Assembly (NCBI GenBank): GCA_027350645.1
Contig: DAIEKJ010000001.1
Coordinates: 1 to 42,496 of the forward strand
Reading direction: 5' to 3'
Source of the DNA: Candidatus Wolfebacteria bacterium
GTDB taxonomy: Bacteria; Patescibacteriota; Minisyncoccia; UBA6257; JAGOQP01
DNA length: 42,496 bases
Every line of letters begins with the position of its first letter. Positions within the stretch are counted from its first letter, which is position 1. The notes under the pieces are model-generated. The model was not told the DNA's origin and made no database searches. It saw nothing but the letters and a program-made list of their open reading frames with translations. The position numbers and the translations under genes are program-made. This document shows, piece by piece, positions 1 to 7,117 of the stretch.

Positions 1-270
1 CCGGCGCTCCCCAAATACGTCGTCGTCAACCAGGGAGGCGTTGACGTGCGCGGCATTCCTATGCCGTCGCAAACCGTGATGTTTATCACCAACACGTTCC
101 TCCCGCAATGGCAGAAAGACAAGAATGTCCACTACGTCCTCCCCGACGCCATAAACACAATTCCAAAAAACGCCATCGTGTTCTATTTGGGAGACCAGCC
201 GGTTCCCCCGCCGCCCGTGGCTTCATCGTCCGCCGCCAAACCATTGGCGCCGCAACAGACACAAAGATAA
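1..270 (+). CDS. 3' end of an unidentified protein-coding gene (partial; continues upstream of the window)
   Basis: Frame 1 is open from base 1 (PALPKYVVVNQGG...) to TAA at 268-270. Pro/Ser/Ala-rich C-terminal tail. No family recognised. A 26-nt palindrome follows at 275-300. Confidence 0.3.
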   Translation, partial: PALPKYVVVNQGGVDVRGIPMPSQTVMFITNTFLPQWQKDKNVHYVLPDAINTIPKNAIVFYLGDQPVPPPPVASSSAAKPLAPQQTQR

Positions 271-274
271 AAAT

Positions 275-300
275 ACGCCCCGACGATATCGTCGGGGCGT
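275..300. terminator. Perfect 26-nt palindrome (acgccccgacgat/atcgtcggggcgt), likely an intrinsic terminator usable from both sides
   Basis: GC-rich 11-13 bp stem. The A-run on its left reads as ATTTTTA after the stem on the minus strand, so it best fits termination of the minus-strand ORF at 324-590. It also sits 5 nt after the plus-strand stop at 270. Confidence 0.5.
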
Positions 301-323
301 TGCAGATAAAAGGGCGCGGCGTA

Positions 324-590
324 CTAGACAAGAAGCTGGATGCGCTGAATCATAACCGGATCAGCGCCTCTGCGCTCCAACCACGACCGGTGGCAATTTG
401 CGCACCAAAACCAGGGAAGTTTCGGATGCTTGGAAATAACGTGCTCCTTTTGATTGCCGAACGGACAGGAGAGGTGGTATTCCCGTCCCCAATTTTTTCC
501 CGGTTGCACGCCAAACAGTTCCTCAAAATCCCGTGCGTCATCTCTCTCTAGCTCCACCACGAGACGCCTCCTTTCTTTTTTCTGCGCCAC
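324..590 (-). CDS. Small hypothetical Cys/His-containing protein (78-88 aa)
   Basis: 88-aa ORF. A strong AAGGAGG lies inside the annotated 5' end (about 567-575), 6 nt before an in-frame GTG at 560, so the true start may be 560 (78 aa). The CPFG..EHVISKH..WCANCH pattern is faintly HNH/zinc-finger-like. No confident family assignment. Confidence 0.35.
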   Translation of the reverse strand: MAQKKERRRLVVELERDDARDFEELFGVQPGKNWGREYHLSCPFGNQKEHVISKHPKLPWFWCANCHRSWLERRGADPVMIQRIQLLV

Positions 591-611
591 ACGCCAAAAA
601 ATCCAAAGAAC

Positions 612-644
612 TATAGAAACAAAAACCCCCGCATAATGCAGGGG
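612..644 (-). terminator. Intrinsic terminator (minus strand)
   Basis: Read on the minus strand: cccctgca-tta-tgcggggg hairpin (one bulge) followed by TTTTTGTTT. It lies about 190 nt downstream of ychF and 22 nt upstream of the ORF starting at 590. Confidence 0.55.
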
Positions 645-837
645 TTAGGATTGTTTCAAAATAATGCAAACCTACCCCTGCCGTGCGGGAGTAAAAAACG
701 TAATCAGCCACAGACCGCGATAGGTATTCATCGGATATAATCGTACAAAGAAACACAATGCGTTGTCAACTATTTTATCGGACAGCAGTACCGCAGAACA
801 CCTCTCGGCGGCACTCGCGCAAAAACCCGCGCCCGAA

Positions 838-1845
838 TCACCCATGCCGCACCACGATGACATCTCCGTCCTTCATGCTATAGTCCTTCCCTTCTAAGCG
901 TAACTTTCCTTTCTGTTTTGCCTGCGTCCACCCGCCAGCCGTTATTAAATCTTCCCAAAAAATAACTTCGGCACGGATGAACTTGCTTTCAAAATCGGTA
1001 TGAATGGCGCCGGCCGCTTGCGGCGCTTTCCAGCCGTTCACAATGGTCCACGCGCGCGTCTCATCCTCTCCGGTCGTAAAAAAACTGATCAGTCCCAATA
1101 CCTCATAGGCCTTTGTCACCAAGGGAGTCAAATCGGGCGCGGCAGAAAGATCCATCACCAGATAGTGTGCCCGCAGTGCCTGTATTTTTTCTTTGAGCGC
1201 ATCAGTGACATCCGCCTCGGTCCCGTTGAGTAAATAGATCGGCGTCTTTGCCGTAAGCAGATTGAGCGATTTAATCGCTGGATGCGCCACGGTTTCGGCA
1301 TCACAGAAATATGCCGGATCGCCCGCCTCCAGTGTCGTCGCCACTTTCTTCGCCAATTCCAATTCTTTTATTTTTGTCTTGTCGCCGGTTCGCGCCTCTC
1401 CCTCCAGTTTGCCCATCCATTTTGAAACGCTTTCCCTGTCTTTAGCGACCAATTCGCCGTTGATAATCGCAATATCGCGCACTGGATCGATCGTCTCTTC
1501 CACGTGGATAATGTCCGAACCGCCAAAACAGCGCACAACCTGCACAATCGCCTGTGTTTCGCGGATATGCGACAAAAACTGGTTTCCCAACCCCTCGCCT
1601 TCGCTGGCGCCTTTTACCAGCCCGGCAATGTCATAAAATTCCACCACCGCGGGAATTTTCTTTTTTGATTTGCTCAACGCCGCCAGCTGATCAATGCGCC
1701 GATCGGGAACCTCGACCACGCCCACATTGGGATCGATGGTCGCAAACGGATAGTTAGCAATCACGACGTCGTTTTGCGTGAGGAGTTTAAACAACGTGGA
1801 CTTCCCCACATTAGGAAGCCCGACGATGCCGATGGATAGTTTCAT
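838..1845 (-). CDS. ychF: Ribosome-binding ATPase YchF (Obg-like GTPase family)
   Basis: N-terminal P-loop GIVGLPNVGKSTLF. YchF-type C-terminal TGS-like tail (IHTDFESKFIRAEVI..W..GKLRLEGKDY..DGDV). ATG start verified at 1845. Confidence 0.85.
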   Translation of the reverse strand: MKLSIGIVGLPNVGKSTLFKLLTQNDVVIANYPFATIDPNVGVVEVPDRRIDQLAALSKSKKKIPAVVEFYDIAGLVKGASEGEGLGNQFLSHIRETQAIVQVVRCFGGSDIIHVEETIDPVRDIAIINGELVAKDRESVSKWMGKLEGEARTGDKTKIKELELAKKVATTLEAGDPAYFCDAETVAHPAIKSLNLLTAKTPIYLLNGTEADVTDALKEKIQALRAHYLVMDLSAAPDLTPLVTKAYEVLGLISFFTTGEDETRAWTIVNGWKAPQAAGAIHTDFESKFIRAEVIFWEDLITAGGWTQAKQKGKLRLEGKDYSMKDGDVIVVRHG

Positions 1846-1883
1846 GGCAAAACACTAGCACAAACAAGGCACGCATCACAACA

Positions 1884-1911
1884 TTGACATTTTTCTAAAA
1901 TGATTTATTAT
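1884..1911 (+). promoter_or_regulatory. Sigma70-like promoter for the zinc-ribbon ORF
   Basis: TTGACA (1884-1889), 16-nt spacer, TATTAT (1906-1911). It lies 42 nt upstream of the ATG at 1953. Confidence 0.45.
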
Positions 1912-1952
1912 ATTTACAGCAACCAGAAAACTATAACGCATAGGAGGCGGCG

Positions 1953-2258
1953 ATGGAACCACCGAAGCCAAAACAAAGTAAGACGGAATTCCTGCAAACC
2001 ATTCGGGCGTGGGTCAACGGCCACTGCATAGAGAATGCGGGCATCTATGTCTGCAGAGAGTGCGGGCGTCGCATCCTCTGGACAACCTGCGAAGTTTCCA
2101 TCCATACCCGCAGCACATTGAGCCGCTGTTCGGGCGCCGGCAAGGTTCGAAGAGTTCCCCTGCCGTTTTGTCCGGAGTGCGAAGGACCGCCAAAGAACAC
2201 ATCAACATGTATTCACGTCGATGGACCAGAAAGCACTACTCTCGCTCTCATTCAATAA
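1953..2258 (+). CDS. Small hypothetical zinc-ribbon protein (101 aa)
   Basis: Two CxxC pairs (CRECG ... CPECEG). GGAGG at 1943-1947, 5 nt before the ATG. Consensus-like promoter upstream and a hairpin plus T-run downstream. Opposite in orientation to both neighbours. Confidence 0.5.
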   Translation: MEPPKPKQSKTEFLQTIRAWVNGHCIENAGIYVCRECGRRILWTTCEVSIHTRSTLSRCSGAGKVRRVPLPFCPECEGPPKNTSTCIHVDGPESTTLALIQ

Positions 2259-2280
2259 AAACACTCCATTCGCTCGTCAT

Positions 2281-2305
2281 GAGGCCGTAAGGCCTCTTTT
2301 TATTT
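2281..2305 (+). terminator. Intrinsic terminator after the zinc-ribbon ORF
   Basis: gaggcc-gtaa-ggcctc hairpin followed by TTTTTATTT. The T-run overlaps the last codons of the convergent tyrS. Confidence 0.6.
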
Positions 2306-3493
2306 CAAAACAATTCTAAAAAACTTTTTCTTCCCCGCGCGAATCGTGCCATCGCGCGCCGGATCGTCTTTGGCGATTATCTCGTCCGTGTCAAAATCGT
2401 GCACACCCCCCTGAGCAAATAAACGCGCCAGTTCCGATTTGCTCTGTGCCACATCTGCGCGCAACAAAAGAGAAAAATAGGTCTCCCCTTTCTTTGCGGC
2501 AATCTTGGCAATATCCTGCGGCGCCTCCTTCTTTTGAAACGCCTGCACAAAATTATTTTTCGCCTTCTCCGCCTCGTTGTCGCCCCAATACAACCGCGTA
2601 ATTTCGTACGCCAATATCATTTTAATGTCGCGTGGATTGACATGCTCGTACGCCATCTGTTTTTTATAGGCGTCAACCGCCTCCAGCGGCACGCGCGTGC
2701 AGTGCGTAAAATACGAGACGATATTTTCATCTCCCATACTCATAACTTTCCCAAACATCTGCACCGGCTCATCCAGCAGATTGACCGTGTTCCCCCACGA
2801 TGAGCTCATCTTGCGCCCGTCAATACCCATAATCAAATTCGTCATCAGCACATCCTGGGGCGATATAGTATAATGCCGCTGCATCTCCCTTCCGGAGAGC
2901 AGATTGAAACGCTGATCGGTCCCCCCTAATTCCACATCGGCCTTAACGGCGATGCTGTCGTATCCCTGCATCAGTGGATAGAGCACCTCGCGCAACGACA
3001 CGCGCTTTTGCGCATCCAGACGCTTCTTGATATTTTCGCGCGCGATAAATTCGGCAATGGAAAAAATATTGGCATGCTCGGCCACATCATGATACGTCAA
3101 CTTTTTGAGCCACTCGGAATTATAATGAATCTCGGCTTTGTTGAGATCGATGATTTTCCCCGCTTGTTTGATGTAGGTGGCAAGGTTTTTTTTAATGGTT
3201 TTGGCATCCAGCATGGGCCGCTCGCTTTCTTTGTCGGAGGTGTCGCCGATGACGCCGGTAAAATCGCCCACAATAAAAACGACTCTGTGTCCCAGTTCCT
3301 GAAAATCGCGCATCTTTAACAGCGGCACGGAACGTCCCAGGTGCAGGTTCGGGCTGGTGGGATCGATCCCCAGTTTCACCCGCAATTTTTTCCCGGAAAG
3401 CAGTTTTACGCGCAAACTTTTGGCGTCAATTGCCTCCGCCACTCCCCGCAACAACAGCTCATCTATTTTTTTAGCATCAACTTTTTTAGGCAT
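2300..3493 (-). CDS. tyrS: Tyrosyl-tRNA synthetase
   Basis: Class I signatures: HIGH-like PTSPNLHLGRS and KMSKS-like KMSSS. TyrRS-type core (GGTDQRFNLLSGRE). C-terminal S4-like RNA-binding tail. Confidence 0.9.
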   Translation of the reverse strand: MPKKVDAKKIDELLLRGVAEAIDAKSLRVKLLSGKKLRVKLGIDPTSPNLHLGRSVPLLKMRDFQELGHRVVFIVGDFTGVIGDTSDKESERPMLDAKTIKKNLATYIKQAGKIIDLNKAEIHYNSEWLKKLTYHDVAEHANIFSIAEFIARENIKKRLDAQKRVSLREVLYPLMQGYDSIAVKADVELGGTDQRFNLLSGREMQRHYTISPQDVLMTNLIMGIDGRKMSSSWGNTVNLLDEPVQMFGKVMSMGDENIVSYFTHCTRVPLEAVDAYKKQMAYEHVNPRDIKMILAYEITRLYWGDNEAEKAKNNFVQAFQKKEAPQDIAKIAAKKGETYFSLLLRADVAQSKSELARLFAQGGVHDFDTDEIIAKDDPARDGTIRAGKKKFFRIVLK

Positions 3494-3589
3494 GTTTCAA
3501 GTGTAAACCGCGCGTAGAAAAATGTAAAATGGCGACTCGTAAGGACTTGGTGAGAAATGAGACTTGGCTGCGTTTAAAAAAATCTCTCA

Positions 3590-3625
3590 GCCACCGGTGC
3601 TATGCTATAGCATAGCACCGGTGGC
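3590..3625 (-). terminator. 16-bp perfect stem / 4-nt loop hairpin downstream of the DGR reverse transcriptase
   Basis: gccaccggtgctatgc-tata-gcatagcaccggtggc. On the minus strand a T7 run follows 6 nt after the stem. It lies 69 nt past the RT stop and about 95 nt upstream of the tyrS start. Confidence 0.55.
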
Positions 3626-3693
3626 AGTCGCTTTGTGACAATTATCCCACTCACGACCCAGGATCACTCGGGATAAATCAAAGCAAACCAATT

Positions 3694-4698
3694 TCATATC
3701 GCTCCATCGCGCGACAATCGTTGCGTCAACATATACGCATCAGCAAAATGCGCATATCCGCGCCACGACGCATACCCGCCATCCGCATGCATCGATACCG
3801 CCGCGGCGCTTTCTTCAAAAGCGCGCACTCGCTTTTGCCTCTTTAAAAATCTCCTCACCGTTGTCGTGCGCAACAACCGCCTCCCATCACGCACGACATA
3901 TCCCAAAAAATCAATGCCATGCGCACACGGGAAAATTTCTGCTTTTTTTGGATGCAACTGCAATCGCAATCGCTCACTGAGAAAAATCCCTATGCGTTCC
4001 TTATCTTCCCGCAAATGTTTTTTGTCATTTCCCAAAATCAAAAAATCGTCCATGTACCGGATATAATATCGTTCGTGCAATACGCGCTTTACGAAATAAT
4101 CAAGTTCATTGAGATATATGTTTGCAAATAATTGGCTCGTCAGATTTCCGATGGGAATGCCCGGCGCATTGCTGGCAATAATCACATCGCACAGCCACAA
4201 AACATTTTCATCGCGGATTTTCTTCCGTATCAATGAACGCAAAACATCATGGTCAATGCTGTCAAAATATTTTGAAATATCACATTTGAGACAATACGAT
4301 GCTCCATCCGCCGCCGTATGTCGCAGTGTATGAATATATTTCTCGAGGCGCCGCACGGCCGCGTGCGTCCCCTTGCCCTTCCGGCACGCATACGAGTCAA
4401 AAATAAAACTTCGCTCAAAAATCGGCTCAATCACATTGCACAGCGCGTGATGCACCACCCGATCGCTGAACGGCGCCGCTTTGATGGTTCGCCTTTTTGC
4501 CTCAACGACGGTAAATTCACGATAACCGCCATGCCGATATGTTTTTTGCCTCAGCTCCCGCTCAAGCGCGAGCAAGTTTTCTTCCAAGCAAAAGCCGAAT
4601 CTCAGAACAGAGGGACGATACCGCTTGCATTTCCGCGCCGCCACATACGCTTGATGCAGATTGGCAAAATCAACGACGCGATCATAGAGATACATCAT
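3694..4698 (-). CDS. DGR-type reverse transcriptase
   Basis: RT motifs: SYACRKGKGTHAA, DISKYFDSIDH, the DGR-typical IGNLTSQ (motif 4), YIRYMDDFLILG (YMDD catalytic box) and GIDFLGY. The ORF is open to a GTG at 4800, but the ATGATG at 4698/4695 (MMYLYDRVVDFANLHQAY...) matches the usual RT N-terminus. Confidence 0.88.
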   Translation of the reverse strand: MMYLYDRVVDFANLHQAYVAARKCKRYRPSVLRFGFCLEENLLALERELRQKTYRHGGYREFTVVEAKRRTIKAAPFSDRVVHHALCNVIEPIFERSFIFDSYACRKGKGTHAAVRRLEKYIHTLRHTAADGASYCLKCDISKYFDSIDHDVLRSLIRKKIRDENVLWLCDVIIASNAPGIPIGNLTSQLFANIYLNELDYFVKRVLHERYYIRYMDDFLILGNDKKHLREDKERIGIFLSERLRLQLHPKKAEIFPCAHGIDFLGYVVRDGRRLLRTTTVRRFLKRQKRVRAFEESAAAVSMHADGGYASWRGYAHFADAYMLTQRLSRDGAI

Positions 4699-4919
4699 AA
4701 CAACAAAAACCCTATGGCCCCGCGCCGGAGCTCTTAAAAAGAACAACGGCGCGAGGGAACGGGTTGTATTCCCTCTTTTATTTCGCTTACCGATACGCAC
4801 GTAACGGATATCGACGCAAAACTACTCAAGGAGGAGCGTGATCAGTAGGCTTCTTGGCGCAGGATAACGTTTATGAACGCTTTTCTCGGGCCAAGTGAGA
4901 TCATCACCATAGCAAAGTA

Positions 4920-5036
4920 TACCGGGCACAGCGGAACCCCACATTGTTGTTCGTATTACCCGTGTTCCAATTCAAGTTCAGCGCAAATGGTCCATCGTTC
5001 GAACCATTGTTCCAATTGTCGCCGCGAAGAAAGACG
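4920..5036 (-). repeat. DGR template repeat (TR)
   Basis: Collinear with 5515-5631 at a constant offset of 595. The coding-sense TR translates as VFLRGDNWNNGSNDGPFALNLNWNTGNTNNNVGFRCAR, with 11 AAY codons. It lacks the stop codon that ends the VR copy. It sits between avd and the RT. Confidence 0.9.
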
Positions 5037-5122
5037 CTGTGCGCGATCGCACCCCCGCCACGCCACCAAAAGCGTGGCAATCAAAAACGCGACACAAATG
5101 TTCTCGTCCTTGGTTGCCACAC

Positions 5123-5458
5123 CTATGAAAATCGCTTCGTCCATCCCGCATACAGTTTTCCAATTTCATTCAGTTTTTCCGCCGCAACGGCATAGTGCTT
5201 GATCCCCAAAAATTTCAGATCTTTTGCCAGCCGGATCAACATCCGCAGAAGATCTATCCGCACGGCCATTTTTTGCAAAACCAAACGCTTATCCGCGGCG
5301 GCATTGGCAATACTGATTTCTTTTATCAGTTCCACCAATTCATTTTCTATCTGCTGTCCCAAAACAAACCGCTGTTTTTGGGGAAATGAATTAATGATCG
5401 GGAAAAACCAGAGTGTGAAGTCGTACGTTTTTTGATACAGAATAAAATCGTCAAGCAT
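5123..5458 (-). CDS. avd: DGR accessory variability determinant (Avd-like four-helix-bundle protein)
   Basis: 111-aa basic helical protein. The YQKTYDFTLWFFPIINSFPQKQRFVLGQQI... pattern is typical of the Avd / 23S-rRNA-IVS four-helix-bundle family. Position between target and TR matches classical DGRs. Confidence 0.8.
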   Translation of the reverse strand: MLDDFILYQKTYDFTLWFFPIINSFPQKQRFVLGQQIENELVELIKEISIANAAADKRLVLQKMAVRIDLLRMLIRLAKDLKFLGIKHYAVAAEKLNEIGKLYAGWTKRFS

Positions 5459-5513
5459 ATTTTATTGCTATAAAAATCAAACAGAAGATACAAGATTACA
5501 GATTGCTACGAGC

Positions 5514-7064
5514 CTACCGGGCACAGCGGAACCCCACAAGGCTGCTCGTATCACCCGTGCCCCAACCCAAGCTCAGCGCAAAGGGCCCATCGAGCGAACC
5601 ATAGCTCCAATTGCCGCCGCGAAGAAAGACGGTTGTGTTCTGATTTGCTCCGGTACCATACGTATACACCTGACCCATGCCTTGAGAGGTGTTCCAGGAA
5701 GAATTGGGAGGAGCGAAGCTGACCTGAGGCACATCGGACGACCAGGAAGAAATATAGGGTGCGGTGGTATTGCCGTATTGGCACCATTCCCATCCGGCAT
5801 TCGCATTGGAACAGGAAGGAAGGGCCATAGCGGTGGTTAGGTCGCCGACGTTATTGATGCTCCTGGCAACGTGTTCCCAGACATTTCCCGAAAGATCCCA
5901 GATGACTTGTCCGTTGGAGAGAACAAGAGTGCGCCGTTCGTCGTTGGGATTGGTGACGGTTTTGTTTGTTTCTCCCGCATAGCCGTTGGCATCGTTGGCA
6001 TCGGCGGGATACTCGCTGGCATTGTTGGCGTTGCCTAGGTACATGCCCCCTGATCCGACCGATCCCCCCGTCCAGTTGGATGGTTGGTTGGCGGCATTGG
6101 TGGCGATGGTCATATATTCGTCGTTAGTGATCAGGTGCGCACCGATAGATTGGCAGTAGGAAACGGCGGTGGTATGGGAAATATCCACAATCTGGATACC
6201 ACCAGGAAGGGAGGAGATTTGGCGGTTGTTTGTGGGAGTACAGTTGGTTGCACCATTATTGTATCCATTGCCATCGGTTGGGGTATTGATAACCGCGCCG
6301 GTGGCATCGGAACAAGTTGCCGCATATTTCATCACCCAGAAGTCAGAGGTGCCAAAGGTGGGATTACCCGGAACCCTGATCCAGCCGGAAGGAAAGACCC
6401 CTTGTCCCAGAGCAAGGTTGGAACCCATTTCAAGAGCTCCTGATATAGTTCCGCCATCAGAGGAAGCCAGAGAGGCATATTTAGTTGATTCCATGGTAGC
6501 GGTCAGTTTGAAAGAACCTCCGGTGATGTAGGTATAGTACAGATTAGAGGAAGAGGCATTGACGGGGTCTATGGGAAGAGAGGAGAGAGAAACAACCCCA
6601 TTGGATTGGAAGTTAACGGGGATCCAGCCAGTTCCATTGGTATTTTGGAGAGTGGTGGTAGAAACACAGTTATAGTTCCAGCCAGACGGAAGAGAAGGAA
6701 GACCCCAGGAACCACAGGTGGAAGAAGAGTCAGGGAGGGAGGTATAGACAGTAGAAGAAGCGCCAAAAGAGACGGTTTGATCTAAGGCGTAGACGGTATT
6801 GAGGGCTTGGTTGAGAGCAGAAAGATCTTGTTGTCGTTTACTGTCTCGGGCTTGGGCTAAGAGTTGAGCGGGGTTGAGGGTAAGAACGACCGCAGCAACT
6901 AATACGGCCAGAATGCCAATAACGATGAGGAGTTCAATGAGCGTAAAACTCTCTTCGAGAGCCACACTCCTGGGGAAGGCGGAGGAGTTGTCCGGTGCGA
7001 ATAATGCGAACTTTGCGCGAAAGATGCGAATAAAAGGAAATGCCTTTTTGTTTTTTCGAATCAT
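5514..7064 (-). CDS. DGR target protein: type IV pilin-like N-terminus fused to an FGE-sulfatase / C-type-lectin-fold variable domain
   Basis: Prepilin-type FTLIELLIVIGILAVLVAAVVL segment, followed by a pilin-like globular part (YYTYITGGSFKLTATMES). C-terminal GNVWEHV ... RGGNW ... GFRCAR signature of the FGE/CLec fold, which contains the VR. The start codon is uncertain (ATG at 7064 or GTG at 6965). Confidence 0.85.
   Translation of the reverse strand: MIRKNKKAFPFIRIFRAKFALFAPDNSSAFPRSVALEESFTLIELLIVIGILAVLVAAVVLTLNPAQLLAQARDSKRQQDLSALNQALNTVYALDQTVSFGASSTVYTSLPDSSSTCGSWGLPSLPSGWNYNCVSTTTLQNTNGTGWIPVNFQSNGVVSLSSLPIDPVNASSSNLYYTYITGGSFKLTATMESTKYASLASSDGGTISGALEMGSNLALGQGVFPSGWIRVPGNPTFGTSDFWVMKYAATCSDATGAVINTPTDGNGYNNGATNCTPTNNRQISSLPGGIQIVDISHTTAVSYCQSIGAHLITNDEYMTIATNAANQPSNWTGGSVGSGGMYLGNANNASEYPADANDANGYAGETNKTVTNPNDERRTLVLSNGQVIWDLSGNVWEHVARSINNVGDLTTAMALPSCSNANAGWEWCQYGNTTAPYISSWSSDVPQVSFAPPNSSWNTSQGMGQVYTYGTGANQNTTVFLRGGNWSYGSLDGPFALSLGWGTGDTSSLVGFRCAR
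5515..5631 (-). repeat. DGR variable repeat (VR) at the 3' end of the target gene
   Basis: 117 nt matching the TR, with 17 substitutions by hand alignment, all at TR adenines. Encodes VFLRGGNWSYGSLDGPFALSLGWGTGDTSSLVGFRCAR followed by the TAG stop. The last 27 nt (GC-rich GTGGGGTTCCGCTGTGCCCGG) are invariant, as expected for an IMH-like end. Confidence 0.9.
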
Positions 7065-7117
7065 ACCGTAAAAGAGTGGATGTCCTGCGGGCTTGGTTTG
7101 ATGTTTATATTTCTCCC

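Larger units (their letters stand above)
3694..7064 (-). mobile_element. Diversity-generating retroelement (DGR) cassette: target(VR)-avd-TR-RT
   Basis: Four co-oriented components: an RT with DGR-type motifs, an Avd-like four-helix-bundle ORF, and a 117-nt TR/VR pair with adenine-specific mismatches, the VR lying at the 3' end of the target gene. Confidence 0.9.

Noticed and set aside
764-769. TTGACA hexamer (minus strand) in the ychF downstream region as a promoter for a small RNA or leader
   Set aside because: No acceptable -10 element lies at 16-19 nt spacing. The best candidates are 20-23 nt away, so a promoter call is not supported.
3494-3693. Possible T-box riboswitch upstream of tyrS
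   Set aside because: The 200-nt intergenic region contains the large palindrome but none of the conserved T-box elements (no AGGGTGGTACCGCG-like T-box sequence, no specifier-loop architecture). The hairpin is better explained as the DGR terminator.
3694-4800. The RT could be a group II intron maturase or a retron RT instead of a DGR RT
   Set aside because: There is no maturase X or endonuclease domain, and no intron-like structured RNA or exon junctions flank it. There are no msr/msd-like inverted repeats. The presence of avd, the IGNLTSQ motif and an adenine-specific TR/VR pair argues for a DGR. The 34-codon N-terminal extension to the GTG at 4800 was also dropped as probably untranslated.
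4873-5202. Several 60-110 aa ORFs on both strands over the template repeat (4873-5202 +, 4944-5195 +, 4956-5144 -, 4978-5169 -), some resembling ORFs over the VR (5551-5793 -, 5573-5806 -)
   Set aside because: Their mutual similarity is just the TR/VR nucleotide repeat read in non-coding frames. The TR in the VR-equivalent frame has no start codon and no stop. TRs are normally non-coding RNA templates.
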